Shown piece after piece: positions 36,443 through 45,068 of a stretch of DNA of 60,321 bases. The notes below the pieces were generated by a model. The model was given only the letters and a program-made list of their open reading frames with translations. It did no database searches and was not told the origin of the DNA. How positions within the stretch are numbered: the stretch's first letter is position 1; each line of letters begins with the position of its first letter. Position numbers and translations under genes: made by a program. The stretch is from a virus (lineage: Duplodnaviria > Caudoviricetes), in IMG/VR virus record IMGVR_UViG_3300025154_001315, positions 1 to 60,321 of that record, one strand, 5' to 3'.

Positions 36443-36735
36443 GGGCCCCGTGGGGGTGGCGGTACAGCATCTCGACCGCCAAAACAGCCCCTCCTGAGCG
36501 TTTGCGGCCCGCTGCCAGGTAGGGCGGCGGGCCTAGCTTTTGGCGCTCCCGAGGGGCGGGGCCCGCTACTTCTTGCACTTCTGACACACGGCCGTCTGTA
36601 TCTTGGTGCCGAGTGCCGTCCAGGACGTAATCTTCAGCGAGCAGCGGTGTTCGCAGCACATCTTGCCACAGACACGGCACGTCCATGTGGGAGGGCAGCC
36701 CTTGCGGAAGCACACCCTCCTCACCATCTTCTTCA

Positions 36736-37071
36736 TCACCGCCCCCTGCTAAGTCCGTAGGCCACGCCCGCCCCGAACCCCGCGCTCCTGGCGTCGTCCA
36801 GCGCGCACCAGATGGCGAACTGCGCGATGCTCCGGTGCTTTGCCACGATGACGCCCTGCCGCTCCAGCTCGGTGACCAGCCACGCCGCCCGGTCGCGGCT
36901 CAGGTCCAGGTACTTGGGGGCCTTGCGGTGCTTGACGGGCTTGGGCGGGACGCGCCGGGGGCTGGGCTTGGGCAGCACCCTCCTCCGCACCCCCGCCAAG
37001 CTGGCGGGGAGGGCGAAGGGCTTCCAGATGCCCGGCAGCGCGATGACCTTTGCGGTGTTCATGTTGGTCAC
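36736..37071 (-). CDS. Hypothetical basic protein
   Basis: Coupled ORF. Confidence 0.55.
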   Translation of the reverse strand: MTNMNTAKVIALPGIWKPFALPASLAGVRRRVLPKPSPRRVPPKPVKHRKAPKYLDLSRDRAAWLVTELERQGVIVAKHRSIAQFAIWCALDDARSAGFGAGVAYGLSRGR

Positions 37072-37274
37072 TCCGTTCGGAAGTCGCCGCCGTCGTACAG
37101 CCTGCGGAGCGCGCCTTCAATGTCCATCAGCTTGGTGAGCTTCTTTCCTAGGTCGTCCTCGTTCGCGGCGGGGCACAGCCCGTAGCTGACGGCGGCCTTG
37201 CGGTGCATCCGCAAGAGCTGTTGGAAGCCGTGCTTCTGCGCCAGCGCCACCTCCCGTTCTGCGTCCGTCTTCAC
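37068..37274 (-). CDS. Hypothetical protein
   Basis: GGAGG RBS, GTG start. Confidence 0.6.
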   Translation of the reverse strand: MKTDAEREVALAQKHGFQQLLRMHRKAAVSYGLCPAANEDDLGKKLTKLMDIEGALRRLYDGGDFRTE

Positions 37275-37468
37275 GGTTGCACCTCCCGCATGTCCATCAC
37301 CTCGCCCCCGTTGAGCTGCCGCACCAGCTCCTCCACCACGCAGCACCAGAACTCCCGGCCGGGGCTGTGGCGGGGGAACTCCAGCGCCACCTCCGCTGCC
37401 ACCCGGCGCGCGGTGAGGGGGTGATGTTCCTTCAGCATCCTGACGGCCTGCTTCTTTGCGTCTTCCAC
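37271..37468 (-). CDS. Hypothetical protein
   Basis: AGGAGG RBS. Confidence 0.6.
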   Translation of the reverse strand: MEDAKKQAVRMLKEHHPLTARRVAAEVALEFPRHSPGREFWCCVVEELVRQLNGGEVMDMREVQP

Positions 37469-37526
37469 GATGTTCCTCCTACGGTGAGGGCGGGGCCGCG
37501 CGGCCCCGCCCGTTGGTCTGCCAGAC

Positions 37527-38606
37527 CTACGCCTTCACCTCGACCTGCTTCAGCAGCGACGACGCGCGCTTCTCCAGGTCCAGCCGGTCGTCGTTCCACT
37601 TCATGCTGTGGGCGTGGCCCGTCAGGCCCTGCACCACGCCCCACAGGCTCCGGGGGTTCAGCCCCGGCTCCTCGCTGGCGATGCGGAAGGCCTCCTGCGC
37701 CTGCTTGGGGCTGAAGCCCCTGGCCTGGACCCAGGCGTAGGTGTCCTCGTCCGTCTTCGCCACCTCCAGGGCGCGCGCAGCCTTCACCGCCGCCGCGACG
37801 GGGGACACCTTCGCCTCCAGGTACTTCTGGAGCGCCGGCTTCGCCTCCGCCATGTAGCGGCGGGGGCCGCCGCTGCTGTGGCGGATGCGGAGGTCCAGGG
37901 CGAGGTCGAAGCCCCAGATGATGCGGTTGTCGCAGATGCGGTTGTAGTAGAACAGCGTGAGGAAGAAGGCCCCCGCGCCCACCTCGCTGTTGCCGATGAT
38001 GAGGCCCTTGTAGAGCGCCGACTTGCCGGGGATGTCGATGGGGTGGCTGTCGTCCACGAGGCAGATGAAGACGTCCCGGTCGCTGGCGTACAGGGTCGTC
38101 GCCTTCTTGGGGTCGGTCTTGGCGTAGCTGGCGCTGGGCACCTTCCACACGCCCAGGTCCATGTGCTCCAGCACGGCGCCGCTGGCGTCAGCGTCGTAGA
38201 TGCGCCCGTAGGTCGGGCTGGTGAAGCACGACGCGCTCCACGCCTTGCCGTCGTTGCGGAGCAGGGTCTTGCTGTTGTTCTCCTCCGCCCGCCCCAGGCT
38301 GTGCTGGAGCGGTACGATGGCCACCTCCGCCGGCAGGCTGCGGAGGTAGCTGGCGGGGGCGTGGGCGCGGGAGCAGAGCTGGCCGAACGCCCAGTTGTTG
38401 AGACGCGTGGGAACCTTCTTCGCCTTGTCCTGGATGGACACCTCGCCGTCCTTCGCGCTCAGCTCCATGGCCCGCAGGTCCAGCACGCGCTCCAGGCTCT
38501 TTTCCTTCTTCTGCAGGTTGTACTCGTGGAGGGCCTTCATGCTGAGGAAACGCTGGTCGTCGGGCCTCGTGCTCCACTCCTTGTTCAACCGCATGTCGTT
38601 CGACAT
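37527..38606 (-). CDS. DUF932-family protein
   Basis: EWSTRPDDQRFLS, WAFGQLC, YGRIYD, LYASDRDVF, NSEVG, CDNRIIWG motifs; own promoter and downstream hairpin. Confidence 0.8.
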   Translation of the reverse strand: MSNDMRLNKEWSTRPDDQRFLSMKALHEYNLQKKEKSLERVLDLRAMELSAKDGEVSIQDKAKKVPTRLNNWAFGQLCSRAHAPASYLRSLPAEVAIVPLQHSLGRAEENNSKTLLRNDGKAWSASCFTSPTYGRIYDADASGAVLEHMDLGVWKVPSASYAKTDPKKATTLYASDRDVFICLVDDSHPIDIPGKSALYKGLIIGNSEVGAGAFFLTLFYYNRICDNRIIWGFDLALDLRIRHSSGGPRRYMAEAKPALQKYLEAKVSPVAAAVKAARALEVAKTDEDTYAWVQARGFSPKQAQEAFRIASEEPGLNPRSLWGVVQGLTGHAHSMKWNDDRLDLEKRASSLLKQVEVKA

Positions 38607-38650
38607 TGTTGCCTCCTTGGTTTGACCACCTGTTGCCTTGCCGCAAGTAC

Positions 38651-38678
38651 AAGGTAGCGCGTTTGCCTGTGAACACAA
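38651..38678 (-). promoter_or_regulatory. Sigma70-like promoter TTGTGT-16-TACCTT
   Basis: Matches the phage promoter consensus. Confidence 0.7.
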
Positions 38679-38703
38679 GCCTAAATGCGCTACTTCTGGC
38701 GTT

Positions 38704-38898
38704 CTAGTGCGGTATCTTCGCCGTCTTCCACGCGTCCGGCAGGAAGCCTCCCTTGTCCAGCCAGCCGTCCAGCGCCTCCACCAGCTCCGCGAGGCGGACG
38801 GCGTCCTCCTCCAACGGCGGGTTGTGCTCATCGCCGTAGAGCATACGCTGCACGATGCGGCGCTGCTCTTCCAGGTTCGCGTTCGGGTCCATGTTCAC
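38704..38898 (-). CDS. Hypothetical protein (MDPNANL..LDGWLDKGGFLPDAW)
   Basis: Coupled ORF. Confidence 0.7.
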   Translation of the reverse strand: MNMDPNANLEEQRRIVQRMLYGDEHNPPLEEDAVRLAELVEALDGWLDKGGFLPDAWKTAKIPH

Positions 38899-39086
38899 TT
38901 CTCCTTGAAGCGGACTTCGTCAATCCACTTGGCGCAGTTTCGGCAGCCTCGGCGCGGAAGGAACGTTTCATCGCCCGGCGTGGTCGTTATCTTGTTGGAA
39001 CCGCAGAAGGGGCATTCGTCCGGGTGCATTTTGGTCATACACTCGAACCACTCCCGCTGGACAGAGATGGTGTAGGCCATGTTCAC
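38895..39086 (-). CDS. Small Zn-finger protein
   Basis: CPFCG..CRNC. Confidence 0.65.
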   Translation of the reverse strand: MNMAYTISVQREWFECMTKMHPDECPFCGSNKITTTPGDETFLPRRGCRNCAKWIDEVRFKEK

Positions 39087-39274
39087 CTCCCTCCGCCAAC
39101 GGCGCGGCGCGGTTCGTCGTTCTCAGGGCTCTGCACCCAGGTCTCCTTCACGTCGCTGTGGTCCGGGCAGGTATCGTCGTCGCGGCCCAGCGCCTTGCCG
39201 CACACTCCGCAGTAGCGGACCAGCCGCCAGCCCTTGCAGAGCATGAGCGTGCCCGCCTCCAGCCAGTCGTTCAC
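39083..39274 (-). CDS. Small Cys-containing protein
   Basis: GTG start, CGVCG, coupled. Confidence 0.55.
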   Translation of the reverse strand: MNDWLEAGTLMLCKGWRLVRYCGVCGKALGRDDDTCPDHSDVKETWVQSPENDEPRRAVGGGR

Positions 39275-39612
39275 TTTCCCTCCTTGGCGCAGGCGACACA
39301 GAGCTCGAAGCCGCGTTCCGTGACCAACGTAGCGGTCTGTTCTGAGATGTCTTTGTCGCAGTTGAAGCACCGCTTGGGCAGCTTCTTGGTCGAGCCCCGC
39401 TCCTTGGACTTGTAGAGCACCAGCGCGGAGAACCGAGTATCCGGGTGCTTCTGGTTGTACCCCTCGAAGACTTCCGTGTTGGCGGTGGAGAACTTGATGG
39501 TCATCAGCTCACACTTCTCCTCCCGCAAGCGCGCCAGCAGCTTATTCAGGTGGTCTTGGAAGGCCAGTGCCTCCGGGTGCGTGACCAGCTCCGCGTGCGT
39601 GAAGGCGCTCAT
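39271..39612 (-). CDS. Hypothetical protein with C-terminal Zn finger
   Basis: CFNC..CVAC. Confidence 0.65.
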   Translation of the reverse strand: MSAFTHAELVTHPEALAFQDHLNKLLARLREEKCELMTIKFSTANTEVFEGYNQKHPDTRFSALVLYKSKERGSTKKLPKRCFNCDKDISEQTATLVTERGFELCVACAKEGK

Positions 39613-39902
39613 CGCTCACCCCTGCTGAGCGCCAGCTCCTCGCGGTGCTCCTTGGCGTGCTGCGCGGCGCAGGCTTCGCCGCAGAAGGGGTGGAGCTCGC
39701 CGCCCCACCGCTCCAGGCCGCACTGGACGCACTTGCCCAGGAGCCACTTGTTTCCCTTGCGGACCAGCGAGGCGAGCTGCGACGCCCCAAACTCCGCCAC
39801 GATGCGGACGCTGGCGGGGTCCTCTGGGTTCATCCCCTGCAACCGCAAGCGCAGCCCTTCGATCGTCGCCAGCACTTCCCACTTCTCAAACGTCTTCGCC
39901 AT
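39609..39902 (-). CDS. Hypothetical Zn-finger protein
   Basis: GGAGG RBS; CVQC..CGEAC; downstream of a promoter. Confidence 0.65.
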   Translation of the reverse strand: MAKTFEKWEVLATIEGLRLRLQGMNPEDPASVRIVAEFGASQLASLVRKGNKWLLGKCVQCGLERWGGELHPFCGEACAAQHAKEHREELALSRGER

Positions 39903-39938
39903 GTTCAACCTCCGTGTTTGGTTGCCCGCTGCACCTAC

Positions 39939-39966
39939 AAGGTAGCGCGCCGCACTACGATTACAA
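39939..39966 (-). promoter_or_regulatory. Sigma70-like promoter TTGTAA-16-TACCTT
   Basis: Near-identical to 2421-2448. Confidence 0.75.
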
Positions 39967-39992
39967 GGCCAAAGCGCACTTCCCAAACGTCA

Positions 39993-40022
39993 AGGCCCCC
40001 GCTCCGTAAGGAGCGGGGGCCT
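39993..40022 (-). terminator. Hairpin terminator
   Basis: AGGCCCCCGCTCC-GTAA-GGAGCGGGGGCCT. Confidence 0.65.
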
Positions 40023-40049
40023 CTGGTCAACACCCGTGGGAGGGTGGAG

Positions 40050-40313
40050 CTAGTAGAGCTCGATGAAGTTGTGGTCGGTGTCCCAGGCGATGGCGGCGGC
40101 GCTGCCCCCGGCCTCCTTGAACTGCGCGACGGTCATGCCGTTCTTGTAGAGCTTGAAGAGGTCGAAGCTCTTGGAGCCCGCGCGCTTGGGGTTCTCCTTG
40201 GTGAGCAGCTTGATCTTCTTGCCGTCCAGGTCCTTCTCGGCCTTCTTCTGGTCCTCGCCGGCCTTCGCCACCTTCGCCGCCGCCTTCACGACCTGCTTCT
40301 CGGTCTTCGCCAT
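40050..40313 (-). CDS. NPKR..TV..AWD..H domain protein (short form; in-frame C-terminus of 40050..40883)
   Basis: GAGGAG RBS with ATG at 40313; embedded TTGCAA-17-TACAAC at 40390-40362. Confidence 0.8.
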   Translation of the reverse strand: MAKTEKQVVKAAAKVAKAGEDQKKAEKDLDGKKIKLLTKENPKRAGSKSFDLFKLYKNGMTVAQFKEAGGSAAAIAWDTDHNFIELY

Positions 40314-40883
40314 GACTTGCTCCTCGGTAGTGGAGGGCGGAATGCCCTCACGCTGAGTACTGTTGTACTGCTCCCGCTCCTGCTTTGCAAGCGTTTCCAA
40401 CTCCAACTCCTTGTCCAGTTGCGCTTGCAATTCCGCCTCGCGGCCCTGGGCCTTGCCCCAAGTCCGCTCGATCTTGTTGTCCGCCCCCACGTCCACGATG
40501 CCGACCTTGGGGAGCCCCTGCGGCTTGCACTTGGGGCACAGGGCTTGGTACTTCTCCACGGAGACTTCGGTGATCATCGTCCCGCAGCGCCGGCACATCT
40601 TGTTCCGCACGTTGTACAGGCGCAGGCACTCCTTGCAGGTCACGGTCTCGGGGTTGTTGGCGCCGCCCCAGGCCAGCACCTCCCCGATGTAGCGGGGCCC
40701 GTAGTTGCTGCACAAGGGCCGCTCCGCCGGCCCGAAGTGCCGCTGCTGATCGGTGGGGCAGAAGTGGATGGGCATCCCCACCAAGGGCTTGGCCTTCCGC
40801 TTGGCGGGGGTGGGCACCTTGGCGGCCTCGAAGACCTCGGCGGCCATGCGCTTGGCGGCGCGCTTCTTTGCATCCGTCTTCAT
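40050..40883 (-). CDS. Zn-finger protein fused in frame to the NPKR domain (long form)
   Basis: GAGGAGG RBS; three CxxC pairs; no stop before 40050. Confidence 0.65.
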   Translation of the reverse strand: MKTDAKKRAAKRMAAEVFEAAKVPTPAKRKAKPLVGMPIHFCPTDQQRHFGPAERPLCSNYGPRYIGEVLAWGGANNPETVTCKECLRLYNVRNKMCRRCGTMITEVSVEKYQALCPKCKPQGLPKVGIVDVGADNKIERTWGKAQGREAELQAQLDKELELETLAKQEREQYNSTQREGIPPSTTEEQVMAKTEKQVVKAAAKVAKAGEDQKKAEKDLDGKKIKLLTKENPKRAGSKSFDLFKLYKNGMTVAQFKEAGGSAAAIAWDTDHNFIELY

Positions 40884-40884
40884 G

Positions 40885-42288
40885 TTAGTACCTCCTCTTC
40901 AAGTGGTCCTTCAACGCGTTCAGCAACTTCTGCTGCGTCCTGTCCTTCTTGTTCAGCATTCCGCGGATGGCCTCGTCGACGGTATCCTTGGCCACTATCC
41001 AGTGAACCACCACACGCTCCTTCTGGCCCTGCCGCCACACTCGCCGCACGAGCTGCTCCGTGTCTTCGAGGTTGGGGGAGAGGCTGTGAAACACCACAGC
41101 CGCCCCCACCCCTTGGAGGTTGAGGCCGTGCGCTACCGACTGCGGCTGAGCCAGGAGAACCTGGAGCCGCCCGCCGTTCCAGGCCGCCTCCACCTCCCGC
41201 TGCTTCTTCGCGGTCACGCCCCCGCCAAGGTACTCAGCCTCGGGGAACACCTTCTGCAGCCGCTCCAGGTCGTGCTTGAACTCGTAGGCGATGAGGGCAG
41301 GCTTGCCGCTCAGCTCCTCCACGAGCTCCTGCACCGCCTCCAGCTTGGCATCGTGGATGTGCGCCCACTTGGCCTTGCCGCTCGGCACTTCGCCCTCGGG
41401 CGTGCCCAGGTAGGCCCCACCGTTCGCTATCTGGCGGCACTTGCCGAAGGTCGCGGCGGCGTTGGCGGCGGTGAGGGTGCCTTCCTTCAGCTCCGTGATG
41501 AGCAGGTCCTCCATCTGGTCGTACGCCTTGCGCGCCTCGGGGGGCAGCTCCACCGTGATGGTGTTGTTGATGAGAGGCGGGAGGTGGAGGTAGTCCTCGG
41601 CGCTCATGCGGAGGACCAGCGGGCGCAGCGCCTTGTAGATGCGCTCTTCGGCGTCGGGCTTCGGGACCCAGGTGTAGCCTCCGTACCCGGTGGAGTTGAA
41701 GAAGCTCATCCTGTAGTGCGTGACGTAGCGCCCCAGCGCGGCGCCCTGGTCCAGCGCGTAGACCTGCCCGAACAGGTCCAGCAGCCCGTTGGGAGCGGGC
41801 GTGCCCGTCAGGATATAGCGGCGCCGGAACTTGTTGAGGTGGGGCTTCAGCAGCTTGAAGCGGAGCGTTTGGGGGTTCTTTATCCGCGTAGATTCATCAA
41901 TGACCAGCATCTGCCACGGCCAGTCCTGGCCCTTCACCGCGTCGAAGAGCCAGCTCAGCCCTTCGAAGTTGATAACGTCCACCCCGCCCGTCAGCTCGCC
42001 GCTAGCCAGCAGGTCGGCCTTCTGGGGGCCGTGGAGCACGCGCAGGGTGATGTCGTGGAAGTCGTCCCAACGAGCAACCTCGCCCGGCCACACGGAGGTG
42101 GCCGGGCGCAGGGGAGCGATGACCAAAGCGCGACGTACCAGCTTCGTCTTTCTCAGCACCTTGAACGCGGCCAGCGTCGTGCTGGTCTTGCCGAGCCCTG
42201 GCGACAAAAAGAGGCCAGCCGCCCCCTGCTGTACCATGAACTTGATGGCTTTCTTCTGGTATCCGTGCGGTCGCCAGGGCTCAGACAT
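40885..42288 (-). CDS. SNF2-like helicase
   Basis: PGLGKT, VIDES, LTGTP, HGLNLQ, RVWRQGQ. Confidence 0.9.
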   Translation of the reverse strand: MSEPWRPHGYQKKAIKFMVQQGAAGLFLSPGLGKTSTTLAAFKVLRKTKLVRRALVIAPLRPATSVWPGEVARWDDFHDITLRVLHGPQKADLLASGELTGGVDVINFEGLSWLFDAVKGQDWPWQMLVIDESTRIKNPQTLRFKLLKPHLNKFRRRYILTGTPAPNGLLDLFGQVYALDQGAALGRYVTHYRMSFFNSTGYGGYTWVPKPDAEERIYKALRPLVLRMSAEDYLHLPPLINNTITVELPPEARKAYDQMEDLLITELKEGTLTAANAAATFGKCRQIANGGAYLGTPEGEVPSGKAKWAHIHDAKLEAVQELVEELSGKPALIAYEFKHDLERLQKVFPEAEYLGGGVTAKKQREVEAAWNGGRLQVLLAQPQSVAHGLNLQGVGAAVVFHSLSPNLEDTEQLVRRVWRQGQKERVVVHWIVAKDTVDEAIRGMLNKKDRTQQKLLNALKDHLKRRY

Positions 42289-42772
42289 TTTTCTTCCTCT
42301 TCTTGCTGAGTACGTGAATGCGGAAGTGCTCAGCTCGCGTCACAACTTCCAGGTTCTCTGGGCGATTGTCGCGCTTTATCTCGTTGATGTGATGAACCAG
42401 CTCGCCCTTCTGTAGAGGGCGGCCCAGTTTCTTTTCCGCCACCACTCTGTGCTCGTGCTTCCCGCGAACTTTCCGGTAGCTATTGCCGTGCCCTCGGTTT
42501 CTCTGCTTATCCCCGTTGTTCATACGGCCGCGCCGGGCCTGCTCTTCGTTCGACATCGTCCTGGTGTTGTGCCCTGCTATGAACCTCGGCGCCTGTGTGC
42601 GCTCGCCGCATCCGCATAAGCACAGCCTCCAACGCTGCTGCGACTTTGGCGTGTGGTAGTACGCGACGACGCAAGCGAGGCAGTAGTTGGAGAGCCCATC
42701 CTTGTTCTTGGCCTTGCGACCAAAGTCAAGTAGAGGCTTCAGTCTGCCACACTTGTAGCATCGCTTCTTCAT
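42281..42772 (-). CDS. HNH homing endonuclease
   Basis: EHRVVAE..VHHINEIKRDNRPENL; CLCGCG motif; lower GC. Confidence 0.85.
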   Translation of the reverse strand: MKKRCYKCGRLKPLLDFGRKAKNKDGLSNYCLACVVAYYHTPKSQQRWRLCLCGCGERTQAPRFIAGHNTRTMSNEEQARRGRMNNGDKQRNRGHGNSYRKVRGKHEHRVVAEKKLGRPLQKGELVHHINEIKRDNRPENLEVVTRAEHFRIHVLSKKRKKNV

Positions 42773-42782
42773 CAGCGCGCTC

Positions 42783-43070
42783 CTAGTAGATGGTACCCAG
42801 GGCCTTCATGGCGGGGCTGAAGAACACGCTGCACTTGGGGCACGTGAAGCCGTCCGGCTGCACCCCCATGAACAGCAGCACCTCCAGCGGGCCCTGGCAG
42901 TAGGGGCACACCGGGGGCGGGGGCTTGGCGGCGGGGGCTCCGGAAGGGCTCTCGAGGCCCGCCCTGCGGGCCTTGGCCTGTGCCAGCCAGTGGGGCGGGC
43001 ACCCTTCGCTGTCCGTGCCGCCCAGGTGATTGCGCTCGCACTCCGGGCACCAGTCGTTGCCGTGGCTCAT
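42783..43070 (-). CDS. Zn-finger protein
   Basis: Three CxxC motifs; AGGAGG RBS. Confidence 0.65.
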   Translation of the reverse strand: MSHGNDWCPECERNHLGGTDSEGCPPHWLAQAKARRAGLESPSGAPAAKPPPPVCPYCQGPLEVLLFMGVQPDGFTCPKCSVFFSPAMKALGTIY

Positions 43071-43079
43071 GTTCGCCTC

Positions 43080-43343
43080 CTAGTGGCCAGTCCTGCGGTG
43101 GCGGGCCAGCAAACTCTTCAGCTCGGCCCTTACTTCTCGGATGCTGTCTTCTGTCCTGTCGTTGTACCACAGCGCGATGGAGAGCACGTCTAGGATATCG
43201 TCGTCAGTGTCGACGTAACTGGTCCAAGTGAACTCAGCAGCCTCCTGGCCCTCGTGTTTCTTGATGTCTATCGCTCGGTTCTCCGATAAGACGCTCTCAA
43301 CGTCTTCGCCAGTTGCGTTGGCCTGCCAGCCTTTGAGATACAT
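43080..43343 (-). CDS. Hypothetical protein
   Basis: AGGAGG RBS; flanked by 17 bp junction repeats. Confidence 0.65.
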   Translation of the reverse strand: MYLKGWQANATGEDVESVLSENRAIDIKKHEGQEAAEFTWTSYVDTDDDILDVLSIALWYNDRTEDSIREVRAELKSLLARHRRTGH

Positions 43344-43352
43344 GTTCGCCTC

Positions 43353-43682
43353 CTAGTGTACGTTCGTGTTTGGCCAGTTGTTGACGCTGTGGCCGCTCAA
43401 CCAGTCGTTGACCACCACCTTCCCCAGCGCGACGTTGTCCACCACGCGCACGGCGAAGTCGTGCTTCTGCAGCATCGCGTGGAACTTGGCCTGCAAGGGC
43501 GTCGGCTTCAGCCCTTCGCGCTTGAATTCGATGAACAGCACCTTGCCCTGGTGGAGAAACATCCTGTCCGGCCATGCTCGGTTTCCCAGGCCGTTCATCT
43601 TGCGGCAGACCACCCCCATCTTCCGGGCGTGGTCCACCACGGCCTGCTCGATGCTCGCCTCCAAGCGCTTGCGGGGGGCCAT
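43353..43682 (-). CDS. VRR-NUC nuclease
   Basis: EASIE..WPDR..FIEFKR..PLQ. Confidence 0.85.
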   Translation of the reverse strand: MAPRKRLEASIEQAVVDHARKMGVVCRKMNGLGNRAWPDRMFLHQGKVLFIEFKREGLKPTPLQAKFHAMLQKHDFAVRVVDNVALGKVVVNDWLSGHSVNNWPNTNVH

Positions 43683-43684
43683 CA

Positions 43685-43996
43685 CTACGCTCCCTTGGAC
43701 GGCGGGTTGCTCGCCTGCTCCGCCTGCCGGGCCTTGCGCTTGGCGGCGGCGCGGGCGATGTAGCCGGTGAAGTTGAAGAAGCGGCTCACCAAGTTGCGGA
43801 GGCCCTGCTTCTGCTGCTCGGCGGCTCGGGCCGCTGCCGCGTCCTTGTGGCTGTCGAACCGCTCCAGCCACTTGCTCCGAATGACCTTGTCGTTGGTCTT
43901 CCGGTACTGGCTCACGCTGTAGAACCGAATGCTGTTGTCCCCCGCCTTGCGGATGCTGCGGAGTTCCTTCGCCTCGTCGTTTGCCTTGTTCCTCAT
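43685..43996 (-). CDS. Hypothetical basic protein
   Basis: AGGAGG RBS. Confidence 0.65.
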   Translation of the reverse strand: MRNKANDEAKELRSIRKAGDNSIRFYSVSQYRKTNDKVIRSKWLERFDSHKDAAAARAAEQQKQGLRNLVSRFFNFTGYIARAAAKRKARQAEQASNPPSKGA

Positions 43997-44091
43997 TGCG
44001 TGCCTCCTAACGTTGCCTGCCTGCCAGCGCCTACCGTGGCACAAAGCAGGCAGGCGCACAAACGCTTTGTAGTGTGATTAACTGCGAACCT

Positions 44092-44874
44092 CTAGAACTT
44101 GCAGATGCCGTTCTTCTGGACGCTGTAGGGGCAGTAGCGGCACGTCGGGTTCGGGGTGGGGGCGTGAACGGTGTCGGTGAACATGGGCTGCACCTTCTTG
44201 GTCCACCGCTTCTGCTCTGCCTCCAGCTCCGCCCGCGTCAGCACGCCGTTCTCCCTAGTCACTTCCTTGCCCACGTCCGTGAACCACAGGCTGGCGGTGG
44301 CCAGCTCCATCTCCGGCATGGAGGTGAGCATCGCCACGCAGTAGCAGCGGAGCTGATCGTCGTACTCGCCGTCGGGCTTGTAGCGGCCGGTCTTCCAGTC
44401 CGTGATGTGGACGCACTTCTTGTTCACCTTGCGGACGCCGTCGTCCAGGATGCCACCCGGCCCGGCCCGCACCTCCACCCCTATCTCCACGAGGTCCAGC
44501 TTGAGGCGGACCCACACGTCGCGGGCCATCCACTCGCAGGGCTTCCAGGCGGCGGTGAAGGCCGCGTCGAGCTCGGTGCGGACCTTGCCCTTCTTGTAGG
44601 TGGCGCGCAGCGCCTTGAGCTTGGCGACGGTGGCGGGGTGCCACACCACCTCCTCCCCCTGGAAGATGGTGGCCAGCACCTTGATGCGGTTGGCCACGAA
44701 GTGCTCGCACTGTTCGTGGATGAAGCTGCCCCTCACCAGCGCGGGGCCTCCGGGGTCGGGCAGCTTGTGGAGGTACTTGTAGCTCGCCTTCGCCGGACAC
44801 TCCTCGTAGCAGCCCAGCTTGGACGGCGCCCAGGAGTTGTGCTTCCGAATGACGTCGAACCCTTGCTTCTTCAT
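44092..44874 (-). CDS. Cas4/RecB-like PD-(D/E)XK exonuclease
   Basis: S..YEECP, RGSFIH, LD..DWKTG, QL..Y, CRYCPY..C. Confidence 0.85.
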   Translation of the reverse strand: MKKQGFDVIRKHNSWAPSKLGCYEECPAKASYKYLHKLPDPGGPALVRGSFIHEQCEHFVANRIKVLATIFQGEEVVWHPATVAKLKALRATYKKGKVRTELDAAFTAAWKPCEWMARDVWVRLKLDLVEIGVEVRAGPGGILDDGVRKVNKKCVHITDWKTGRYKPDGEYDDQLRCYCVAMLTSMPEMELATASLWFTDVGKEVTRENGVLTRAELEAEQKRWTKKVQPMFTDTVHAPTPNPTCRYCPYSVQKNGICKF

Positions 44875-45065
44875 TACTCGCTCTCTTTCTCTTCAGTCAC
44901 GGGGAACAGTCGCATCTCGCCGGTCCAGTTTAGGGGAGTGGTGTCCAGCGTGCAACCGATGGAGCCGTCCGGCAGCAGGGCCGCGCTGCCGATGCGCGTC
45001 CAGTGACGCTTGTCGCCCTTGGTGATCTGCACACTGATAGTGAAGAACTTCGTCAGGGTTGCCAT
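44874..45065 (-). CDS. Small protein (WTRIGSA..DGSI..LD motif)
   Basis: Coupled between PolA and the exonuclease. Confidence 0.65.
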   Translation of the reverse strand: MATLTKFFTISVQITKGDKRHWTRIGSAALLPDGSIGCTLDTTPLNWTGEMRLFPVTEEKESE

Positions 45066-45068
45066 AGG

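Noticed and set aside
36443-36735. Possible ncRNA in the convergent intergenic gap
   Set aside because: I could not establish a convincing fold or promoter by eye
44092-44874. CRISPR-associated Cas4
   Set aside because: Stand-alone Cas4-like exonucleases are routine in phage replication modules, and no array is present
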